Positions 14,159 through 23,718 of a stretch of 64,000 nucleotides of DNA are shown here, piece after piece (position 1 is the stretch's first letter; each line of letters opens with the position of its first letter). The position numbers were made by a program, and so were the translations under genes. The notes under the pieces are model-generated. The model was not told the DNA's origin. It saw only the letters and a list, made by a program, of their open reading frames with translations, and ran no database searches. This stretch comes from Basidiobolus meristosporus CBS 931.73 (lineage: Eukaryota > Fungi > Basidiobolomycota): positions 62,001 through 126,000 of the forward strand of contig MCFE01000080.1 in assembly GCA_002104905.1 (NCBI GenBank), read 5' to 3'.

Positions 14159-14623
14159 CCCCATGTAATATTATGGAGATGATCCCATCAAAAGGCCATC
14201 ATAAAGTTAAAGTACCATGACAAAGAGGCACTGGTCCTGTCAGGTTACCATCCAGAGACCATTGAAAATAACTGCACCCCAGATATCACAAGAAACTTAG
14301 TCAAAATGTTTCATCACAACAATGTATAAGTGGCTCTTGATTGGTTCCCTGCCAATTTGCCCACTTTCTGATCCTGGACACTCTATTACCTCCTACATTT
14401 GTGTATATTGATTGGCTATTGCCTCATATTCACACTCCTTACTTCCTGACTCAGCCATTTCTTTAACTCTTCATGTGTACAAATTGATTTATTTCTGTTG
14501 AAACTTCAGTTGTACCTCAATTGCCAATTGTTTTGGCCTATACAAGTCCCTATACCCTACACCAACATGAAGCCCAACCCCACACTCAACAAGTAACTCC
14601 ATTAAAATCCATCACTCAATAAG

Positions 14624-15142
14624 TGTCATGATCACATGACAACCATGAATACCCATGCCAAGTTTCAGCTCCCTAGCTCAATTTCTAAGAGATTCCTTCT
14701 GGAACCTTCTACCACCTTCCAGAAAGTTCCTGACCATTCCAAATCATTGTTACACAATGGAACATTCCATAGAAGCTTTCCATTGTATTTTTCATAGTCC
14801 AATACCTTATATGGAGATACCAGGTCACATGACTTAGTCACATGATCAGGTGACCCAATCCATTTCCCCATCCTGTCTCAGTGCCGTGTCATCTATGTCA
14901 ATATCCCCAGCACCATTGCTGTGCCTCACCCCACAACCCTATTAGTATTAGCTAATATCTCTTGGCATCAGTATAGCCAAAAGTATATATAGTCCTATCA
15001 GCCCTTAAGTATTCCTCAGTCTGATAAACACAGGTCTTGAATAAACAGCCTTCCTTGAATCCTGCCTTGCCTTGATGGTCCACACCTAAGTCCTTTCCTG
15101 CTGTGCCTAGCTTTTCCTCCTGCCTTGTGTCTATTCATAACA
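14624..15142 (+). repeat. Gypsy-1 5' LTR (family A)
   Basis: TGTCATG...CATAACA; TATA-like TATATATA at 14984. Confidence 0.95.
14696..14730. promoter_or_regulatory. Two perfect three-unit heat-shock elements in the Gypsy-1 LTR
   Basis: cTTCt-gGAAc-cTTCt (14696-14710) and cTTCc-aGAAa-gTTCc (14716-14730) match the alternating nGAAn consensus bound by HSF. Confidence 0.6.
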
Positions 15143-15269
15143 GTTTTATCAGACTCTCATGACTTACCTGTGAATCCCTGCCTTCTGCCCAAAGTTTGAA
15201 GAAAACTTGTAAAAGGAATACTCACCATAAGTATCACCCATCATCTTTCCCTAGTCTTGTCCTATAAAG

Positions 15270-15520
15270 GCAAAGATACTTTATCTTTGTAAAACTATTG
15301 GTCAAAGCTGCATTCACTTTATTACCCTGCTGGTGGAGTTTACAGTTGTTACAGTATTGGAAGCTTTAGTACAATACTCTATCAAAGGACGTCAAAACCA
15401 GTACCTTCTGAAGTGACGCTAACTTATTTAAGTTGGGAATTGTGGCTCAATAGTTGTATTCTTGACATACTAGTGGCTTTACAAACCCACAATCTAGTTT
15501 AGTATATTCCAGTATTCCTT
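15270..15520 (+). ncRNA. Putative structured cis-acting RNA in the Gypsy-1 5' leader
   Basis: Homologous to 18030-18287; stems are kept through compensatory changes; lies directly upstream of gag. Confidence 0.55.
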
Positions 15521-15548
15521 GCAAGTTCATCCGCCTTCCTCTGCTACC

Positions 15549-16481
15549 ATGTCCAACCTAGAGCTGAACTTTGCCCAGCTCATGGCTGCCTTTACCCAAC
15601 TGCAGCAAGACCATGCAGACCTCAGAAACACTCTTGCTCAGTTCCAGAACCAAAGTGTCCAGCAAACTAGCCATGTCCCAGTCTACCAAGAACCCAAGTA
15701 TACTCCTGCTACCAAGTTCAATGGCTCTCAGAATGAATTCCGTGGCTTCATCAACATGGTGAAGAACAATCTTGCACTCCAGCCCAACTGGTACCCCACT
15801 GACCAGGCCAAAGTTGGTTTCATCTCCAACCTGCTTACTGGTACAGCTCTCAAGTGGTTCTCCCCATCAGTGGAGACCAACTCTCCCCTCCTCAGAGACT
15901 ACCAAGCTTTTCTCACTGAAATGGAGCTAACAGTTGGTAACCTTGACCAAGCCAGAACTGCTGCCAACAAGATCAAGACCCTCAAGCAAGGGAACAAACC
16001 AGCATCAGTCTACGCCTCAGAATTCCGACAACTCTTCAGTGACCTCAGCTCCTGGGGTCAAGCAGCCTTGATTAGCCAATTCCAAGATGGCCTCAATGAT
16101 GAAGTTTGTGATCTGCTACTCACACTCCCAGATCCAGATACATTGGTTGAAGCTATGCACCAAGTAATCCAGTGTGATAACAGACTATTCCAGAAGAAGC
16201 AAAAGAACCGTCAAAGACACATTCCTGTTGCAGTCCCAGCCCCTCCTGCTCCCCAAGTCACTCCAGAAGATCATATGCAGATTGATAGTGCCAAATACAA
16301 GAAACTATCAAAGAGTGAAAAGTCCAGACGTCAACAAGCCAACCTCTGTCTATACTGCAGCCAACCAGGTCACTTTGCCAAGTCCTGCCCCAACAAGAAG
16401 TCCAGCTTCAAGCTGATGCAGTCCTCCAGCAACCAACCTGATTCAGATCTGTTGGGAAACTCCAATGTCCAGTTGCACTGA
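15549..16481 (+). CDS. Gypsy-1 Gag (capsid plus CCHC zinc knuckle)
   Basis: Open frame 15519-16481 with first ATG at 15549; KFNGSQNEFRGF, LKQGNKPASVYASEF, QFQDGLNDEV and CLYCSQPGHFAKSC motifs. Confidence 0.9.
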   Translation: MSNLELNFAQLMAAFTQLQQDHADLRNTLAQFQNQSVQQTSHVPVYQEPKYTPATKFNGSQNEFRGFINMVKNNLALQPNWYPTDQAKVGFISNLLTGTALKWFSPSVETNSPLLRDYQAFLTEMELTVGNLDQARTAANKIKTLKQGNKPASVYASEFRQLFSDLSSWGQAALISQFQDGLNDEVCDLLLTLPDPDTLVEAMHQVIQCDNRLFQKKQKNRQRHIPVAVPAPPAPQVTPEDHMQIDSAKYKKLSKSEKSRRQQANLCLYCSQPGHFAKSCPNKKSSFKLMQSSSNQPDSDLLGNSNVQLH

Positions 16482-16498
16482 CAGGCTTGCAACTGGAC
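16454..16498 (+). other. -1 programmed ribosomal frameshift signal between gag and pol
   Basis: G GGA AAC is in X XXY YYZ phase with gag; 6-nt spacer; perfect 11-bp stem GTCCAGTTGCA/TGCAACTGGAC; the -1 frame is open into the protease. Confidence 0.85.
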
Positions 16499-19400
16499 CC
16501 ACCCATGAAAATCCAGCATATCCAAGAATCTTCCTTTGCCACAAAATCTATCCAGTCCTTGAGAATGCCTGTCAAAATCCAGATCCCTGACTCCAGTCCT
16601 GTCCCAGTCCTAGCCCTGATTGATTCCGGTGCTTCATCCTGTTTCATTGACCAAGCCTTTGTCCAGAAGCACTCTATTCCTGTTACCTTGAAATCCTGTC
16701 AGTCCAAGTAGAAGTTATTGATGGAAGATCACTCTCCTCTGGTGCCGTTACCCATGAAACATGCTTACTTCAGCTGTTCAGTACTTCTCACCAAGAAAGA
16801 ATTGCCTTCAACATCATCAACTCACCACACTATCCTATTGTGCTTGGAAGCTCATTGCTGAGCTACCACAATCCAAGTATTGATTGGAAATCCAAAATCC
16901 TGTCATTCACCAGAGCCCACCAAGTCAACTCCATGAAATCTCCAGACCCTGACAACCGTGAAAAGACTGTTGCCAACAGTTCAACAGCCCAAGATACCAT
17001 GCCAGCTGAAGGAGCCCCCTCAGCAAACATACCAGCCAAGTACCAAGAGTTTGCCCCTGTGTTTGACAAGAAGAAAGCAGAACTCCTCCCTGACCATTGG
17101 CCTTATGACTGCCCTATTGACCTTGAAGATGGAAAAGCCCCTCCATTTGGCCCAATATATAACCTCTCCCAGCCAGAGTTGAAAGAACTCCATGGTTATA
17201 TTGAAGAAAACCTCCAGAAGGGTTTTATTCAGCACTCCAAATCACCTGCTGGAGCCCCAATCCTCTTTGTCAAGTAGAAGGATGGCATACTCAGAATGTG
17301 TGTGGACTACCATTGTAGTGGGGTGACAGTGACACCCACTGACAGATGTGCTCATTCCCTTATTTTCTACTTCCCTATATCCCTACTACACTCATTTTAG
17401 TTTTATCCCATTTGTCTTACCCAATCAGTACTATCCCATAAGCCGGTTGACTATCACACCTGCTTACCTTATTGCATAAGTTACCCCTCACTTTATGTAA
17501 GATTACTAGCTACAAGTGCTTCTATATTAGGCAAGTACCCGTGTCAGTACCCGTGACACAGGATCAACCCATGTCACCATCCCTAACCTTTCCATACCAT
17601 ATATGGTATCCCCAAGTTACACAGGTTTCAGGATACTGATTCCTGATTGGTTGGATGTGCTGTGCCTCTTAGAACCTTCCGGCACCTACTTAGAACATTC
17701 TTAGGTCATTCTGATGTCATTAAGATTTCTATTGATATCCGGAACCTTCTGGAACACCATGATTAGTAATCACTTAGCCAGTAAGAAAAGTATATAAGGG
17801 AGGCTATCCCTCAACAATAAATCATCATCCCTTTTATCAATATACCAACTTGTTGATTAGTGTGATCACTGCTACCTGCTGCTACCTGAACTTCCAACCC
17901 TAGACCACAGGACACTCCCAGGAAACCACGCTGACAGCCAACTGACCTTGGAGGCACTACTTGTGAGGAATACTCAGAGTAGGTATCTTTTATTATATTT
18001 GATTCTTTCCCAAGTTTGTTCTTGTACAGGCAAAGATACTTTTCTGTCTTTGCAACTATTGACCACAGCTGCATTCTTATCAAGTCCCTACTGGTGGAGT
18101 TTACAGTTGTTTTGACTTTGGAAGCTTTAGTACATTGTCATCTCAAAGGACGCTGAACCCAGGACATACATTTGTTAAGACGCCAACTAAGTTGGGGATT
18201 GTAGCTCAATAGTTTTCCCTTGACAAGCTTGTGGCTTTATTCCCCTTCACATTAGATTAGAGACAGAACCCATGTATTCCTAGCAAGCTTTTGCCAGAGG
18301 TTATTGCACCCAGTGAACACCCCACACACAAAACACTTGAGAAGTGTTGGACGTATCTCTCCCTTGGACTTATACACCATCACACCGTGCTTTGAATAAG
18401 ATCACAGTCAAGAACCGCTACCCCCTGCCCCTGATCAACACACTGTTGGATCAGCTATCTGCTGCCCAAGTCTTCACCAAGATTGACTTGAGAGGAGCTT
18501 ACAATCTTGTCAGAATCAAGCCTGGTGATGAATGGAAAACTGCCTTTTGCACAAGATATGGTCACTTTGAGTACAAAGTAATGCCATTTGGCCTCACCAA
18601 TGCCCCTGCTGTGTTTCAACACCTCATGAATGACATATTCCGTGAATACCTTGACCAATTTGTGGTAATCTACCTTGATGATATTCTCATATACTCCAAG
18701 AGCCAAGATGAACATGATGAACATGTCAAGAAAGTATTGAGAAAACTAGACTCTGCTGGTCTCTATGCCAAGCTAGAGAAGTGTGAATTTGACCAGAGAG
18801 AAGTGGAGTTTCTTGGTTACCTCATCAGCCCTGAGGGAACAAGAATGAACCCAAAGAAAGTTGACTTAGTCCAATCCTGGAAACTCCAAGCTCAGTCAAG
18901 GAAGTACAATCCTTCCTGGGATTTGCCAACTTCTATTGCAGGTTCATAGCCAACTACTCCAAGATAGTCACCCCTCTGACAAAGCTTACCCAGAAGAACA
19001 CACCTTTTGCCTGGAATGAGGAGCAATCCAGTTCATTCAACCAACTCAAGAAATCTTTCCTGAAGGCCCCCCTGCTTACCCACCCTGACCTTGAGAAGCA
19101 ATTCATAGTGGAGACTGATGCTTCTGATTTTGCCCTTGGTGCCATACTCTCCCAGTATGATGAGGACAATGTGTTGCACCCCATTGCATTCTACTCTCGG
19201 AAGTTTTCCCCTGCAGAGATCAACTATGATATCTATGATAAGGAGTTACTTGCCATCATTGTAGCCTTTGAGCAATGGAGACACTACCTGGATGGTGCAA
19301 AACACAAAATCAAAGTCTTCTGCGACCATAAGAACCTTGAGTACTTTGCAACTTCCAAAGTACTAAACCGGAGACAAGCCAGATGGTTACTCTTCCTGTC

Positions 19401-21075
19401 CAGCTTTGACTTTACTATCATCTATAGACCTGGTGCAAAGCAAGGAAAGCCTGATGCACTGTCCAGAAAAAAGGAATACGCCCTGGAAGAGGGAGATGAT
19501 GCCTGTTGGCAAATGGAACACCCATTGCTGAGCAAGAAACATTTTGAGATTCTTGCCACCAAGTCCTCAAGTCTTGTCATCCCTTCATTCCTTGTAAGGA
19601 TATCAGAATCCCAAGCCTCTGATATGATTTCCAGCACTGTCAAGAAATATCTGGAATCCCCAGTTGGGTCCCCTCCCAAGTTCCCAAACATCCAGAACCT
19701 GCATTTGGTAAACAACCTCATCCACCACAAGCAGCAGCTTTATGTCCCAGACCTTGCCACCCAGCTAGACATCATTAAGTCTCGGCATGATTCTATGGCT
19801 GCAGGCCACTTTGGTACTGCCAAAACCTTGAATGCTATCAAAAGAGATTTCTGGTGGCCTAGAATGATAACTCTTATCAAAGAATACATTCTGACTTGTG
19901 ATATTTGCAACCGTGCAAAACCAGCCAGACACCAGCCCTATGGACTTCTTCAGCCCTTGCCTATCCCAGAACACCAATGGAGATCTATATCTATGGACTT
20001 CATTACTGACCTCCCTGAGTCATGTGGCTTCAATGCTATACTTGTAGTGGCTGACCGGCTGACCAAGATGGCTCACTTTATCCCTTGCTGTAAGAACACC
20101 AATGCAAAAGAAACTGCTGTTTTAGTCCTGAAGAATATTTTCCACCTTCATGGTATCCCCAGTGATATTGTGACAGATAGAGGCCCACAGTTTGTGTCCA
20201 AGTTTTGGAAACACTTCATGCAATACCTTGGTGTTCAAGTCAAGCTCTCTACTGCCTTCCATCCACAGTCTGATGGCCAGACTGAAAGAATCAACCAGAT
20301 TCTAGAGCAATACCTCCGGTGCTATATCAATTACCAGCAAGACAATTGGGTTGATCTACTCCCTGTTGCTGAGTTTGCCTACAACAACTCAAGCCATAGT
20401 GCAACCGGTATTACACCATTTTATGCAAACTATGGATTCCACCCTCAGTTTGATATCCAGATTCCAACAAACCCAATAAGCCCACATGCGGCTGAACATG
20501 CCCAAGCAATCCAGGACATCCAGAACACCCTCAAGGAAGAGCTATCCTTAGCTCAGGAAAGCTACAAGAGATTTGCCAATCTAAAACGGCATCCCAGCCC
20601 TGATCTTATTGAAGGAGATTCTGTATGGTTGCCCAGAAGAAACATCAGCACCAACTGCCCTTGTGACAAGTTGGATATCAAGAAACTTGGTCCCTTCAAG
20701 ATCAAGAAGAAGCTTAGCCCTATAGTATATCAGCTACAGTTACCAGCAAGTATGAAAATCCATGATACTTTCCATGTGTCCCTCCTGGAGCCGTATTGTA
20801 GGAACACATTGCCAAACCAGCAAGAAGCAAAGCCCCAAGCAATCCAGGTTGACCAACATCAAGAATTTGAAGTTAAACAGATTCTAGACTCCAAGTATAT
20901 CCGGTCAAAGCTGTACTACTTAGTAGACTGGATTGGTTATGATCCAAGTGACCAAACATGGGAACCAGCTACCCATCTCACTAATTGTCAAGATCTAGTT
21001 ACCCATTTCCACCAACAATATCCTGCAAAACCTGCCCCAAAGGGAAACAGAGCTTTGCCTGGCAGAGGAGAATAG
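16460..21075 (+). pseudogene. Gypsy-1 Pol (PR-RT-RH-IN-chromodomain), disrupted
   Basis: [52 protein letters not shown] and chromodomain FEVKQILD..YLVDWIGY..TWEP. Frameshifts near 16700 and 18890, a stop at 17275, and a solo-LTR insertion at 17314. Confidence 0.95.
17314..18384 (+). repeat. Solo LTR (family C, related to the Gypsy-3 LTR) inserted in the Gypsy-1 RT
   Basis: TGTAGT...CATCACA; splits the codons GAC TAC CGT GCT (DYRA); 4-bp TSD CCAT/CCGT; shares its U3 core and 3' end with 45189-45992. Confidence 0.9.
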
Positions 21076-21595
21076 TGTCATGATCACATGACAACCATGA
21101 ACACCCATGCCAAGTTTCAGCTCCCTAGCTCAATTTCTAAGAGATTCCTTCTGGAACCTTCTACCACCTTCCAGAAAGTTCCTGGCCATTCCAAATCATT
21201 GTTACACAATGGAACATTCCATAGAAGCTTTCCATTGTATTTTTCATAGTCCAATACCATATATGGAGATACCAGGTCACATGACTTAGTCACATGATCA
21301 GGTGACCCAATCCATTTCCCCATCCTGTCTCAGTGCCGTGTCATCTATGTCAATATCCCCAGCACCATTGCTGTGCCTCACCCCACAACCCCATTAGTAT
21401 TAGCTAATATCTCTTGGCATCAGAATAGCCAAAAGTATATATAGTCCCATCAGCCCTTAAGTATTCCTCAGTCTGATAAACACAGGTCTTGAATAAACAG
21501 CCTTGCCTTGAATCATGCCTTGCCTTGATGGTCCACACCTAAGTCCTTTCTTGCTGTGCCTAGCTTTTCCTCCTGCCTTGTGTCTATTCATAACA
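21076..21595 (+). repeat. Gypsy-1 3' LTR
   Basis: Direct repeat of 14624-15142, preceded by the purine tract GGCAGAGGAGAATAG. Confidence 0.95.
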
Positions 21596-21600
21596 ATAAG

Positions 21601-23498
21601 TATTTATGATGTAATGCTCTGGTTCCACAACTTTGGCAGGAACCCAATGGCTTTATCCCACTGTTCATTCACTGGTTCCCACACATCCTGGTCTTTAGCC
21701 AGCACTGCAAGGTCTAGCCCCTCATCTGCCAGTCTTTGCAATAGATCCTTGCAATATTCCAGTGCATTTTCTTGAGCATTGCTCTTGAAGAAGTGCTGCA
21801 ACCTCTTTGTGTACCTATTAAGGTTCCAATATTCCATTGAAGGCATTGTGATAGTCTTTTGAGCTCTTGACATTGTAGCCTTGTCTGTCAGTGGGATGTG
21901 CACTCTGTCAACAATTGAGGATGTGGAGGCTGTGGTAGACAAGTTGCCTTTTTCTGCAAACTCATCTACCTTGCTGGAGTGTAGCTCAACTGGCTGTGCT
22001 TCCAACTCATGTGAAAACAGCAATTTTCTTGTTGGTAATTCTTCTTGGCTATGATGCAATTCAGTCTGCTCCACACTTGTGGTATTATCTCACTACAACT
22101 GCAGTTTTTTTGCATGCCTTGCTGTCTCAGCCTTGGGTAGACATTTTTCCATTTACATTTTTCCTGTATTACTGCCAGGTCTCTTACTGCTAATTTGTCT
22201 GAGTGCTTCTTGTAAAGAACTACGTTTGCTCCTTGATAAATTCTGCTCTGATGCATCTGTTTTGGCCTGCTTGTCCCTTGCTGGCACTCTTCTGGCAACC
22301 TGATGTTTCTTTTCCGCTTGTCTTGCACTCTTAGCTGTAGATGTGATGGGCTCCCGTATAAGCAACTGGTTTTATCACTGATAAGTCCTTCACTGCTACT
22401 TTGACTGGGTGCTTCCTGAGTGGCACAGCGCTATTTCCTTGATAAATGTTGTGCTGGTGCATCTGTGTCTGCCTGCTTGTCCATAATAGGCACTCTTCCA
22501 GCTATCTGACATCTCTTTGATGCTTGTCTAGAGCTTTTGGCCCAGCTTGTAATGGGCTCTTGAGGAAGCTGTTGGTTTTTTGCCATGGCACCCTTATTCT
22601 TCTGCCTTTGATAATTACTGCTACTTTTAAGATACTTTCTTAGCTTACCAATGCTGGCCCAAAATTCATTTGCCCGTTTGAATCCAGATTAATACTCATG
22701 GAACAAGTCAAGTGCACTCTGCTTGGCCTTGAGTTCCTGATGGTCCCATGGTATGCTGGCCTTAAGGTGATGGCATGCTAAACTTCTGACAGCCTCTTGA
22801 ATATTAGCCCACTCTCCATCATTCACCCAACTGCTTCATGGATCTTCAATGTCTTTTGATTTTTGGGTTTTGTTATAAACACTCCATTTTCTCCCCCCCA
22901 TGCTGTGATGCGTCTTTCTGTAGGCTGTACAGTGTTCCTCTGCTGTTACATCAGGAAATGGCTCAATTCTTGGCTGTGACATTGAGCTACTTGAGTTCCT
23001 TCTTTGCAGCAAAGATACTGCTTTCTTTACTTGGGATATTGATTGCTCTACACATAGTATCCACTCATCCTGTTTCTGCACTATTTCCTGATTTCTCTGG
23101 GTCATTGCATCTACCCTATCAGCCACTGCACCTAATTACTTCATTAATGCTTTGGTATGAGTTGACAACATAGTTGCTAATATGAGTGGTGGTGGTGTTA
23201 TCATGGCCACTTGCTGGTCTTCACCTAAAGGTACTGTGTTTGCTACATTCTCATCTGCCTGAGCATAACAGTCAGCTTGTGGCTCCACAGAGGTTCTCAA
23301 TTATCTACTTGACAGAGAGCCTGAGGAGTCTGCATTATTACCTTCAATGGGCACACTGTCCACAGGGCCATTTTTGGATGTAGCCCTGCTTGTTGCACTG
23401 AGTGTCAAAGCTAGCTGTTGTCCAACCATTCTTCTGTTGCTGTCAGCTGTGGGGTTAGATTGGGAACCAGACAACTTTGCTTTATTTTTTGGCGGCAT
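21601..23498 (-). pseudogene. CACTA copy 1 ORF2 (function unknown), disrupted
   Basis: Starts MPPKNKAKLSGSQ at 23498; segments match the plus-strand copies at 34881, 42568, 50256 and 52215. Confidence 0.75.
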
Positions 23499-23718
23499 AT
23501 TTATGAAAGTGAGTCAAACCAAAGGAGAAATAGTGCTACATATACATGTGTATGTGGTACCACAACTTTATAATATGCTTACTCCGGTGGGTCATCATTG
23601 AATCTTACATTCATGTAGGTGCAATGTCTCAAATACAAGACTGTCTTAAGTTCACATCAGTATTTACTAAAAAGTGATATAATAGTGTTACATTGTTGAA
23701 GGTCAAACTGTTTGCCTC

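Larger units (their letters stand above)
14624..21595 (+). mobile_element. Gypsy-1: Ty3/Gypsy chromovirus (Tf1/sushi-like), full length but inactivated
   Basis: LTRs 14624-15142 and 21076-21595 differ at only about 9 positions; perfect 5-bp TSD ATAAG (14619-14623, 21596-21600); order gag, PR, RT, RH, IN, chromodomain. Confidence 0.97.

Noticed and set aside
18193-18215. GGGGATTGTAGCTCAATAG resembles the 5' half of a tRNA
   Set aside because: No anticodon arm, T-arm or acceptor stem follows; the bases are used in the long-range helix of the leader module.
14624-18384. Hammerhead ribozyme in the LTRs or leader (retrozyme-like)
   Set aside because: No CTGANGA...GAAA core with flanking helices was found by eye; other ribozyme classes were not excluded.
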